Source: Schizochytrium sp. TIO01 (Eukaryota > Protista > Bigyra: Labyrinthulomycetes). Taken from it: DNA of 64,000 bases. The notes beneath the pieces were generated by a model, which was not told the origin of the DNA, did no database searches, and saw only the letters and a list, made by a program, of their open reading frames with translations. Where the stretch lies: assembly GCA_004764695.1 (NCBI GenBank), contig SMSO01000005.1:744001-808000 (forward strand). Reading direction: 5' to 3'. A program made the position numbers and the translations under genes. How positions within the stretch are numbered: the first letter of the stretch is position 1; the number at the start of each line of letters is the position of its first letter. Positions 11,159 to 22,250 of this stretch are shown in pieces.

Positions 11159-12206
11159 TCATTGTGTGAGCAAAAATATTTTTGTTGGAGTTTGCACCAA
11201 GGAAGCTAGCATGGATAACTATGTTGGTGCTGATGCCTACGGTTGGGCGTACCTATCTAATCGTGCAATTTGGCATAATAAGTCGAAGCTGAAGAGTTAC
11301 GGCGAGGTTTTCCGAGAGGGAGATGTGATTCGTGTTACTTTGGACTGCGATGCCAGAACACTCAGCTTTGCAAGAAACGGTATCGACTATGGTGTTGCGG
11401 TTGAATCTTTGCAGCCCGATATGTATTTTCCTGCTGTGAGCCTTTACAATGAAAAGGATGCTGTGACAATTCGATTTATGTCTAAAGACTCTGATGTGGA
11501 CGAAACTCAAGTATCGAGCAATCTTGGTACAGCTACTGCAAACCGGACTGTAAAGCATGTCTACCTTATACAGACGCTACTTGAACTTCTTGAAGGCAAA
11601 GTAGCTGTTTCTGATCTAGAACCCACATTGACTACACGTCTACAAAATATGCTAGCATGTCTACCGCCCACTATTCGAGAGCGTCGTAAGTCTCTCTCAC
11701 GTAGCCAAACAGTTCCAGCTTTGGAAGCAGATCCTGATACTAAGGATGAGCTTCCAACAACGTCGCAAACATATTCAGACCATAGCGCAGAGCTACATCA
11801 GGAGTCAGGGTCTATCGGGAAAAAACTACAGAACCTGCTTACTGGTTGGACTCTAGAGCAAGATAAACATCTGTGCTCTATACTACGCTCTCTGTCTGTT
11901 GTTGAGCAAGACTTTTCTTCAGCAAGTTTAGAAAGTGTTGTATTGAACAGAGAATGTCTTGAGCAATATACCGAAGAGAAGGTACGTGCCCGAGCATGCT
12001 TATTTCTTCTGGTTCATCAACTACTTGCCGAATCATGGCCTCTAGTGGAAGATTTCTCAAACATTTCGGACGATTCCTACGAGACAAGCATGCGGAAGGA
12101 CGTGCCATTTCACACTTTGGCTGAAAGCCAGCGACAGAGTTTGTCATTGTGCGGTCCTGGTAGTGTTCTCGAGCATCTAAGACTTCGGGATTGTGACTTA
12201 TTCTAG
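11097..12206 (+). CDS. Giant HERC-like protein, part 2 (rest of second SPRY domain plus pre-HECT-like helical region), continuing part 1 after a +1 frameshift near 11129-11136
   Basis: This frame reads HSWEVHID...IFVGVC...GWAYLSN...YGEVFREGDVIRVTLD...LSFARNG...YFPAVSLY, the C-terminal part of a SPRY domain whose start (AVRCNVGFTRG) ends the upstream ORF. The listed start is not an ATG, so it is probably not an independent gene. Confidence 0.8.
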   Translation: MLCAVMLDLLVGFHSWEVHIDHCVSKNIFVGVCTKEASMDNYVGADAYGWAYLSNRAIWHNKSKLKSYGEVFREGDVIRVTLDCDARTLSFARNGIDYGVAVESLQPDMYFPAVSLYNEKDAVTIRFMSKDSDVDETQVSSNLGTATANRTVKHVYLIQTLLELLEGKVAVSDLEPTLTTRLQNMLACLPPTIRERRKSLSRSQTVPALEADPDTKDELPTTSQTYSDHSAELHQESGSIGKKLQNLLTGWTLEQDKHLCSILRSLSVVEQDFSSASLESVVLNRECLEQYTEEKVRARACLFLLVHQLLAESWPLVEDFSNISDDSYETSMRKDVPFHTLAESQRQSLSLCGPGSVLEHLRLRDCDLF

Positions 12207-12454
12207 TGAGTAACCCTTAACTATTTTTAACGCTAAATTTTGCATATTCAATAAAATATTCTCTTCACGACGAATGCCATCAGATATATTGCTGGTTAAT
12301 ACTGTCAATAACTCTAACATTCAAACTTCTGAGCAAGGTTTTAAAAACATTGTTGATAAACTAGTGCACTGAAATTTAGAAAAAAAAAAATACGAAAATT
12401 ATTTTGTTTGTCATTCTAACGGTTTTTGCATCCTTTTTCCTGTTGTACTATTTT

Positions 12455-15400
12455 TCATGGAACAAAACTATACCTTTCACTATCTTGCGAAGCAACTTTT
12501 GTCGCTAGATCACTTTCCAGGGCGCCTGGCTCTGTTTGAGTTGATCTTATAGTGCCCTCCGGTTGAACTGAAGATAGAACAAATACCAAGTCCGCTTCAT
12601 TCAGATCCTCGTCAGCAGGCGGGTTTGTGCTCACATAACTATTCATCCGCAAGGCTTCTGAGGTACTGTGAGAAGAAGAATTCTCATTTTGAGTATTTAG
12701 CTGTCCAAACATCTGTCGCAGTAGACCAAGCGGAAGGATCCCCCTCTCTTTTGTAAGATATTGAAATAATGTTCCATACGAAGCACCAACAAAGTTTGGT
12801 GGAATCCTCATCTGGTACAGGTTGGAGTCAGAAAATGGTCCTACCCGTGTAATTAGTTCTTCACGAAGCTCATCTAGCAGCGAACTACCGTAGGATGAGA
12901 TGAGCATTTGAATCACTGACAGTAAATGAGGGTTGTAAAAGCTTTGACAAATGAGTATATCCAAAGTCGATGTTGGAAACACTTGTCCAGAAGCCAATAA
13001 TTTTAGCGTGCTCTCCTCTTGCTTCATTTTTTGTAAATGCTGTTCACCTTGTAAGGCATGAAAAATATCTGCCAAGTCAGCCATCGGAGCAGGAGTATCT
13101 ATCGAGTCGCCTTCCATACCTACGTCAAAGGAGACACTCTGGCCACCAAATTTTGATGGTAGATTATCATTTTTAGTCTCATTTGTAGTATCAATAAGAA
13201 GGTGAAGGTTGTCAGAGTTAACAATCTCAACAATTAAATCTACGTGAGGATTGATCTCGAGTATCATTTTTCGTACAAGAATAGCTTCTGCGTCTACTCC
13301 AGTTTGGGCATTCAGAGCATGGACCATGTCATTCTGGTGCTCATTGCTTTCTTTTGTTACAATTACAACAGTTCTTGCGAATTCGATACCAGCACGGTCG
13401 AGGTCATCGGGGTTAAGTGGTGTCCCACGCACAAAAAATAAGAATGGGAAATTTGAGAGTCTGCTCCAAACACTTTCAGTGGGTGGATGTTCAGCTAAGA
13501 GAACAATTGGTATGGTATCAGTGAGGTATTTGAGTCTCAGTGTCCGGACAAAGCTAATGATGTGATCCATGTTTCCAATTACTATAACGTGGTCTTTAAG
13601 ACTTGGGAGCTCTGCTGCTACTGACGATTCAATCGTCGCATGGCTGAGAGGGACTGATATTCTAGACATGTGAAAATGATGTGTGTCTTCTGTTTCATAT
13701 AGTGAAGTTTCCTTCGTAGTCGGCCCGCCAGGTCCTCCATTAAGATCATTACGCATAGCAGACCAAAGGCCACCCTTCTTAACTGCTGATGAAACATTGG
13801 TTGGGGAGGAAGGGTTTCCTTTATTGATAAAACCCATTTTTGAAACTGGTTGCTTTGACAGAGATTCAGAGAAACTATCGGGCCCAGATTTTGAGGTGTG
13901 AGACAGGGTAGTGCTAGCTGGGGGTAGGTTTGTATGTAGTTCTGCTGTTTGAGATCGCATTGCAGCTAGGTCGCGCAGTACACCCCGAGCGGTACGGTGA
14001 GACGAATCAAGGGAAAGGTGCCGTAGCATAGATGCACTGCGTTCATCTTCAGCAATTACGTAAGCATGTGCATGGAAAGTGCCAACATCGGGTATGCAAA
14101 ATGAGCCAGGGTTAAGGATTACTCTTTGTCGCTGTGTAAGTGGGGCACGAAGATCGATAGCGAACAGAACAATTCCAAGACGCCTATATAGAATTTCAGA
14201 TGCATCAGCAAAAGGCACTCCAGTGAATGCGTTTCCAAGCATGACGCGATAAATCTCATATCCAGACCCACGTTTATAGTCATGCATCCAATCAGAAGAG
14301 CGCCGCATCTTGGTTTCTCTCAGATGCCGCGAGGACATCTGTTTTCCTACAGGCGCTGGTGCTACAGCATTGTGTCTTTTGGAATTAGTTGAGTCAGCTC
14401 CTCGATCCCCACCCATCGTATATGCCTTACCAAACGTATGATCATCGACTGCTACGGAATCGTCACCCTCCATGGAGCCCACCAAATTACTGAGCATAGT
14501 CACGAACCCAGGACACAAACATGACTTTGCTATGATATCCATTTTAACCTGCTCAATACTAATGACCTGGTCCGCAAGATGGCAAGGTATACTTGCACGA
14601 CTAATCGTGAACAATGCTCTACTTTCAGCTCGGAGGAACTGAACGCAAACTAAGATGTCGGAACGATTATGATGCATAGCAAAACGTTTGATAGAGAGTG
14701 CTTTCAAAATAGCAACAGCATCGTCGTTATGGGGAGTTGAAGTAAACTTGTTCGCCAATATGAAGCATGCACTTGCAAAATCTACCTTTGCTCGAGCTAA
14801 ATCGTGGGAGCTTAACGGGGAACCGTCTAGATATGTTGTCCTGGATCTGTATGCTGGCAGCTCTAAAACCTTTAGAAGCGAGAGAGAAGGAGTTCCCTGC
14901 ATTAAAAATACAACGTGCAAGGTGGCAGTTCCATGATCAGGGTGATAGAGCTCCTTTAAGAAATCCCTTGCACTTACAGCATCTGTGTACCCTGTTACAA
15001 TTACATGACAAATATGAGGTGATGCTTGATATTCTGCACGTTTGTAGATTGTTGTACTCCCAATATTGCGCATAATTATATTTGTCCACTTTGGAATGTA
15101 CAAAAGTGTGAGACAGATAATGCCTGTTACAATCATTTTACCTGGAACTGTTACCATACAAATATCTCCATATCCAACTGTTGAAAAGGTTACAACCATA
15201 AAGTACATGATTTCGTGGTAGGCAAGCTGTGTCTCTCGAAGGACAAGCCGGAAACTATTTTCAACCGTGAAGATGACTGCAGCCAGGAAAATAAGGCCAG
15301 TCAATACATGCAGAAAAACCATACCAATTTCCTTTTTTTGCTCTTGTTTGAGGTATAAAAGTAGACGTCGTAGGCGTAGAAGGCGGAATATGCGAATGTA

Positions 15401-16162
15401 CGAGGTGCCAATAGTAACTAAAACTGTGATCCAGGGCTGTTCATTAAAGTCGAAGTTAAATCCTGCTTCGTCATTTGTAGCCCAAAGTGCAGCAAACGTT
15501 GGTAATATCGTGATTGCATCTAGTTGAGCTTGCCAGGATAATATCTGTTCGATGCGCGAATCTGCAATATAGAAACGCAAGACATAGTCAGCGAGGAAAA
15601 ATGCGCAAAGCCCGAGATCAAGCTTAAGCAGTAGATCATAGTCCGAATAGTACATGTTAAGAATCACAAGAACTACTGAAAAAATAGAGAAAATCCCATT
15701 TAGGAGGTCCAGCAGGTAGCCCAAAGTTGTGTTTGTAAGATAGATTCGGATTCTTTTTCGCATGTCATCTTTTGCGTCTGTTTCTAAGACATCCACTTCG
15801 CTGAGCCGAATTTTATGATTCGTTGCACGAAGACCTTTTGCGGAGGCTTCACCATAATTTCCCTCTTGAGAGGTGCGTAAGCTTGAGGCGGAACTGCGTT
15901 TGCTTTGCGATCTTCGAAGCTGTGCGCTTGAGCTATTTGAGTCTTGAGGCATAGTAAAGCGCTGCTCGACATCATCCGGGCCATGTGGAAGGTCTCTAGA
16001 CAGGGCATATGATGAAGTGCGTCGCGAGCGAACTGAGCTTTTCCTTCTATGTGCGCTTGAGACGTCATTTGGAGCTCCTGGTTGGGTAATTGTTGACACA
16101 AACCTTTGAGGAGAGTGTAGGATAGATGTGACGAAACTCTGACCTGAGTTTGTTTTGGTCAT
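12455..16162 (-). CDS. Slo/BK-family large-conductance potassium channel (6TM pore plus two RCK domains)
   Basis: 1235 aa. S1-S3 hydrophobic helices, S4 RIFRLLRLRRLL, pore YFMVVTFSTVGYGDI, RCK1 (HVIVTG...FLKELYHPD...YLDGSPL...DLARAKVDFASACFILANK), SCLCPGFVTMLSNL, RCK2 (HVIVIG...FVRGTPLNPDDLDRAGI...ASGQVFPTSTLDILICQSFYNP). Confidence 0.92.
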   Translation of the reverse strand: MTKTNSGQSFVTSILHSPQRFVSTITQPGAPNDVSSAHRRKSSVRSRRTSSYALSRDLPHGPDDVEQRFTMPQDSNSSSAQLRRSQSKRSSASSLRTSQEGNYGEASAKGLRATNHKIRLSEVDVLETDAKDDMRKRIRIYLTNTTLGYLLDLLNGIFSIFSVVLVILNMYYSDYDLLLKLDLGLCAFFLADYVLRFYIADSRIEQILSWQAQLDAITILPTFAALWATNDEAGFNFDFNEQPWITVLVTIGTSYIRIFRLLRLRRLLLYLKQEQKKEIGMVFLHVLTGLIFLAAVIFTVENSFRLVLRETQLAYHEIMYFMVVTFSTVGYGDICMVTVPGKMIVTGIICLTLLYIPKWTNIIMRNIGSTTIYKRAEYQASPHICHVIVTGYTDAVSARDFLKELYHPDHGTATLHVVFLMQGTPSLSLLKVLELPAYRSRTTYLDGSPLSSHDLARAKVDFASACFILANKFTSTPHNDDAVAILKALSIKRFAMHHNRSDILVCVQFLRAESRALFTISRASIPCHLADQVISIEQVKMDIIAKSCLCPGFVTMLSNLVGSMEGDDSVAVDDHTFGKAYTMGGDRGADSTNSKRHNAVAPAPVGKQMSSRHLRETKMRRSSDWMHDYKRGSGYEIYRVMLGNAFTGVPFADASEILYRRLGIVLFAIDLRAPLTQRQRVILNPGSFCIPDVGTFHAHAYVIAEDERSASMLRHLSLDSSHRTARGVLRDLAAMRSQTAELHTNLPPASTTLSHTSKSGPDSFSESLSKQPVSKMGFINKGNPSSPTNVSSAVKKGGLWSAMRNDLNGGPGGPTTKETSLYETEDTHHFHMSRISVPLSHATIESSVAAELPSLKDHVIVIGNMDHIISFVRTLRLKYLTDTIPIVLLAEHPPTESVWSRLSNFPFLFFVRGTPLNPDDLDRAGIEFARTVVIVTKESNEHQNDMVHALNAQTGVDAEAILVRKMILEINPHVDLIVEIVNSDNLHLLIDTTNETKNDNLPSKFGGQSVSFDVGMEGDSIDTPAPMADLADIFHALQGEQHLQKMKQEESTLKLLASGQVFPTSTLDILICQSFYNPHLLSVIQMLISSYGSSLLDELREELITRVGPFSDSNLYQMRIPPNFVGASYGTLFQYLTKERGILPLGLLRQMFGQLNTQNENSSSHSTSEALRMNSYVSTNPPADEDLNEADLVFVLSSVQPEGTIRSTQTEPGALESDLATKVASQDSERYSFVP

Positions 16163-18418
16163 TGAAATGTATGTAAGACTTAGACCACTCGTTGGTAAGA
16201 CTACGCAAACTGGTGTTCAAACATGAAGCGTCAACTTGGCAAGCTGTATTTACAGTGAACGATTGAAGTTGTTCTTGTGATCTAAACGTCAATGGCCTCG
16301 TATGGTATTACTCTTGAAAAGTCTGTGTTATTCTCAAAGTAGTCAACCAATAAAGTGTTATGTGTCAGATACCCGGTGGAAACAAGATCCTTCTGCCTGG
16401 TTGTTTGTTGCAAGGCTGCTCGCTAGCTACGTTGCTGAGTTGACAAACACACAATTGAGCACGGGTAGCTACTCATATCTTTGAATATGGACACAATAGA
16501 ATCTTCGAAGCAGTATTCTGGTTCAAGGAAGCAGGTAGCAAGGTAGTAGAACGTTGGTCATATTCAGTACACATCTATCGATTGGAATGACAATAATAAT
16601 AAAAGAAAGTGAACTTCTCCTTGCACACCCTGCGAGGGCCTCGTGCTAAACAGGGTAACAATTTTAAAAGTAATACGTAGCTTCAATAATCAAATACAAT
16701 GATCAGGGATAAACTGACGAACCAAAAGTTACAGTGGAATGTAAATTAATCTCCGAAACAGAGGGATTTGTTTTACCTTATCTGTTATAAAAATAGCAAT
16801 AGAAATAATTGTCAGAAAAAGAAAAGAAGTATAGGTCAAATTCAACGGATACAAAATTTCTATTATTATTCAAATATATCGTTAAATATTTTTTTTTGCT
16901 GTTCGACATAACCAATTCTTTTAGAGTCTCACAATGGAGCATAGAACAGCCAAATGCGCAGATATGAAGTTCTATGATTTTTGTTTGTGAGCTTGGAGGT
17001 CATTTTATCGGTTCAAAATTAGGAGTCCCGAGCCAGTTTATATTTTCAAAACCTGTTTCTTGTAAAGGTAAGAATGGTTGAGGTGAGCGTGGGCCAGAGG
17101 CTAGTTCCAGTTGAGCAAAAAGAACCCTTTTAATTATATATGCATGTCACGAAAGCCCTACTGGGGCTAATGACCTGAGAAATGCTGGAAAAAGCTCCAA
17201 TTACTTCTCTAGAGAGAGTTACGCGATATTTTTTTTGTTGGTTAGTTGTGAAATCATGTTAGACTATAGAATCCGCGGAAAGCCTTATTAAATGCTGAGG
17301 GTGTTTCAAACGAAATCATATTGCCCTTCGTACTACAGAGATTCGTCCCCCGACCTGGTCCTGAATTCATCGCCGTTCATTAATGTTTAGCATATTTTGC
17401 ATATGATGTTTGCTAAGGTTGGTCCTCCGGTTCGGTTCGGGTCTTTTGAAATTAGAGCAGATATCGTAAATATTATCTTAAAAAAGAAGTGCATACTATC
17501 TCAGCAATATTGGACTTCCACACTAATCATATTAAAAAAAAAAACATCATAGTTGTTGAAGTGAAGTAAAATAATCAACAAATATAACACCGAAAAGCTC
17601 TGTATAAGATGCCAAACAGCGTTTGTTCGTGTGTATCTGTACCAAAGGTATGGAACTCTAGTGCAACATAACAAATGGAGGTAATGAAAAGTATAGCTGC
17701 ATGCCAGAATGTCCTTCCTCTCAACAATTTCAAAACCTTTAATGACTTGGTTTAAATAATGAAAAAACAAAACTGTTGATGTATTGATGTTATCGATTTT
17801 TTATAATCAAAACAAGAAACCCTGAAAGCATGAATGGGTTTTTATTTTGTTGCATAGGGATTAGCAAACGATATGCTTCTGCTTGGTTAGAATTGATGCC
17901 ACGAGAAAGGAGCCCGGCTTTAATTGTTTAGAGCGTCTGCATACGTGAAGCCTTTAATTGAGTTATTCTTGAGTTTTATTCTTAGTCTTAGCAATGAACT
18001 GCAAAATCTCAAATAGTTCAAAAGATTAAAAAAAAGAGAATGCATGGATTCCGGATACCGATTCAAAAACCAGGAATCAGACCTGCCTTACGAGGAGCCG
18101 CAACCCAAAATTCGTAAAGTTAGTATCCTGAAATCACCTTTCATAAGGAGAACAACAATTTTCAGTCAAGCAAGTCGTCCTTTTTTTCACTGACTGGTTT
18201 TTGGCACGACCAGCGCGGCCAAAAACTGAGACCTCACAAACCCATAACTTGAGTCCTGCAAGATTAGAATTACATGATGGCTTCGTTAAGAAACGGGTAC
18301 AGAATAACTTAAATGGAGATCATTTTGTAGTCTGACTCAATGACCAGATTAATTGCATTTATAGCCTTATATATATACAACAATAAAAAACAACTTTAAA
18401 ACAATTACAACCAATTAC

Positions 18419-18481
<63 letters not shown>

Positions 18482-18496
18482 TAACAACAACAACAA
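18419..18496. repeat. (CAA)n microsatellite, imperfect
   Basis: Direct reading of the sequence; it produces the spurious poly-Leu ORF 18359..18571. Confidence 0.9.
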
Positions 18497-21400
18497 AACA
18501 TCATTTCTAACTACGGGCCTAGGTAGGTACATACCTATCTGACTACCAACTGAAAGCAAACAATGATGCATATTGTGAATACTTATGATGAATAAATGAT
18601 ACTAACAGCTCGCGCATTTTTGTTGCCTCATGTTCATACAAAGTTGATAGAAATCTTGATGCATTCTTGCACAATATCATAAAAGGCCTCAAGTTTAGGA
18701 TACTAGTGAGAAATTATGTTATTAAACATAAACTAAAGATTGCGCAAGCGACGGTGCGGTACTACAGACCCAAAGATGTATATTGGCCGCCTGAGATGCT
18801 GCAACGTTCTACCACGAAGCCGACGAAGTTACCCACTTTCAAGCTCAAGGGGAATACATTTATTTTTCTTTCTACGAATACCTGTAGGTAGGTAGGCACA
18901 TGTAGCCTTATGCAGTACGCTGATGCCTGACGACCAGACCGCAGCAGAATGAATCAGATACCTAGTATAACCGATCATTAGGTTTTAAAGCTTCGCAATG
19001 GTAAGACGCCACCTTTCTTCAGACATTGCTCATCAGTGATGTCTTATTTGGTCCAATGGAGTTCCTTCGAGCGTAAAATTGAATCATCTTTGAAATTGGG
19101 AAAATGCTCCCTAGTAGGCATTTGTTCATTTGTTGATATATCACAATAACTCCACATTAAGGGAATCTTTCTTTGAATAGTCAGTCATGCTACTCGTGGA
19201 ACAACATCTTTTTAAAATTGTTGCTTCTACTCTGGACTAGAAACACCGCGCTGACGGTGTCAAACGTCTTATATAAATCCCAGCGCTAAACTTTCACTCG
19301 TAGGTGGAGGCATCTTTTAGTAATTAGTAATCATTCTGCTTGAATAAAAGCTCAAGTCAAATTTCAAAGCACTCAGCACTCATGGTGCTCTCAGCATCGT
19401 ATCATTGTGCATGTCCAGATGACTTTTTAATTAAAAAACATTAAAAAATTAAAAACGACTTAGTTTTATAGCTAACTATATATGTACTGATGGTAGTGTT
19501 GAGCAGACTGGAATTGGCGCGGGACGATGGTACCCACCTAGACCTAATAGTTATGTTCTTAGGAGAGGAGGGTGGGTACTTTCATCATCAAAACGGCACT
19601 ATGATGCCCAGTCGGGAACATATTTGTAGAGATATTACTTCTGAAGACGAAGATAGGTGACAGGGCAGTCAAAGGAAGCTCCGCGAGGTCAATGGAATAG
19701 AGCACGTAAGCTACTTTTCTTTTCAGCAACAAGTAATTTTAAGTAGGCAGAATGATTGCGATTGCTTTCCGAACCACATTTTTCACACATAAGGCCAAAA
19801 GAAAGCTTCGGTAAACCTCAAAACTTTGTCAACTACCATTTCTTTGGTCTGCATTGCAATATCATTGAGGAATCAGCCAATTCAACAAGAAATAGTCAAC
19901 GGTTAGTCTGCTACTGGCAAGCTGAAAAGCGCTTGCCAAGCCACAGTTCTCTGTCCTCTTTGACAATTTGTAATGAACTATTATTTTATTCGGGTGATCA
20001 ATTTCTGCATTGTTTGATCGTTAGGCTTATAGCAAGTATACACCCACTGCATTTGCAAGGTTACTCCCATATTTCTATTTGAAACAGAGGAGCTAGGTAT
20101 TGTCCCCCGGCTCGGACCTTTTTGGCTCTTTCTTTGTCTAGGTCTGGTGCCTGGAGGTAATTGGCTTTCTAATACGTAGCAGCTAAGCTTGTGAACTATA
20201 TGTATTTCCCGCCTCGAGGTAGGCCAACTCCATGTGTCACACTAATTTCAATTTGTTTCTAATTCTGCCCCGATTCCGGCTCATCGCTAAGGTAAGTTAA
20301 CTCTTTCAAGTGGGCAGGTAGACCACTCTGTGCTTGGTTGTGCCAGAGGATTAGTCATACTCGATGGTCGATAGTAATCGTGAATCGCCCGCGATTGAGA
20401 GGACAGCAATATATCCAATCTCTCTTTTTTTCGACTTTAATTCTTAAAAACTTTATTTCATTTTAAATTAAAAATTAATTGATATATATATATATATATA
20501 TGTACATATATATAATATAATATAATTTAAAAAAATAAAAAAAGAAGGAAAGAAAAGAAGATAAAAGGAAGGTAGAGTACATAGGAAGAGAGAAAGAGAA
20601 ATAATTTGAAAGGCGTACAATAAGCGTAAAAAGCAGGAAGGAAAAAGTCTGAGGAAGGGGAAAAGAGGATACGTATTATTCAATTATCTCTTTTCGCAAA
20701 GCAAATACAGAGAGAAGGCACGGGCTTGCAGTTCAGTCCAAAGGATAGTCGGCCGCGGATTTTGAAGAAGTGTGTATCTAATCCTTGTCAACTACTTCAC
20801 CAGGATCTCGCAAGTTCGAGAAGTTGAAGCAAACTTCAAAAGACATTTAGGTAGAAATCATCCAGCTAATTCTTCAGCCACCCTGAAACTTTACCCATTC
20901 AACAACCACTGCCGAGGAGACAGAGAACTACTAGGTGCCGCCAGCTCTAGATCTTCTCATTTTCTTGGCGCAACCTCGTACCTGGCAAAACTATTTACTA
21001 GACATAGGGAGACAAGAGAGTCTTTTGCGCCTCCACGGATACTTTGGTTACCTACAACTGATTTGAGAGTCGAGCTACAGTCATTGATCATTCAATATCA
21101 TTGAAGTCGAGACCAACAGCATACTATTGGTTTCGATTTCCTTGAGATCACAATTATTGAGTTCAACACCACGGATTGGGTTCATCAATAGGTATTGTGT
21201 TCAATACGATTGACTGACTTCAGTATTATTGCGTTGAACGCGCTCTTTCATATCCTATTAATTTGCTTGCTCTGAAGCCGCCTCGTGTCTTTTCCAGGCT
21301 CTCATAGTCCATTGATGCCTAGGAGGTTGGTAGATAGACAGACACCTAGAACTAGCCAAGGCAAGAATTTAGAGCACCCGCCTCCGCACGCGCCGAGGCG

Positions 21401-21769
21401 CGCTAAGCAGGCCCTCCAAGTCCAGCTTTCTTCCTGCCTTTGAACTTTCTTGGCTCCCCTTGCCTCGCCACTTGGAGCTGCTTGTATTTCCTTGTGCCTG
21501 CCTGCGTGCCTGCGTGCCTACGTGCGTGCGTGTCGTTGCAGTTGTTCGAGCGTTGCGCTCAGCTAGCGAGGTCGCTCAAAATCGAGCTTACAGGAGAGGC
21601 AAGGAGAGCAACGCAGTGCGAAAGTTAGCAAGCTAGCTAGCTCGCGAGTGACAGTGGGTGAATAGTCGACTCAGCGAGTGTGTGAGTGCTCTTGAGGCCA
21701 AGGTGAGCATCTCGCTCTCAAGTTCAGGCTCTCTAAGAACCAATCGGCGGGTTGTTTGTCGATCGACTG

Positions 21770-21852
21770 ATCAATCAAACAATCAAACAATCAAACAATC
21801 AATCAATCAATCAATCAGTCAGTCAGTCAGTCAGTCAGTCAATCAAACAAAC
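21770..21852. repeat. Compound tetranucleotide repeat (CAAT/CAAA)n-(CAGT)n
   Basis: Direct reading of the sequence. Confidence 0.85.
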
Positions 21853-22211
21853 AGTTCGTCACTCGAGTGATCAATCGATCGACCAAAAGACTCCAAGCAA
21901 GCTGCTGCTGACCAGGGGGGCACGCACGAAAGCTCGAACCAAGTCAAGGAGCTAGGCCTGACTGTTTGACGAGAGAAAGTCAAGACTAGTAGTAGGAGGA
22001 GGTCGTTGGGACCTGCAAAGCCGCTTGTGAAGAAGGAAAAGAGAACAAGATCAAGAGCAAGCTTGTTCACCTTCGAGCGCTTAGGGACCATAATAGGAGT
22101 CCAAAAACGCTATCTGAGTGTTGCGTCTTTAGAGGTAAGTGGCCGTCTAAGAATCCGAGCTTGAGCTTGGGTAGAGGCAAGGTGAGCAGTGCGCTTGAGC
22201 AGATGTGGCGA

Positions 22212-22250
22212 ATGGTGGTCTGGCGTCATGGTGGTCTGGCGTCATGGTGG
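22212..22250. repeat. 16-bp tandem repeat ATGGTGGTCTGGCGTC, two copies plus a partial copy
   Basis: atggtggtctggcgtc atggtggtctggcgtc atggtgg. Confidence 0.85.

Noticed and set aside
16200-20400. Scattered 6-11 bp stems (e.g. 19021-19044, 18195-18229, 16627-16656) as ncRNAs or tRNAs
   Set aside because: Isolated stems of this size allowing G-U are expected by chance, and no cloverleaf or A/B-box pattern was seen.
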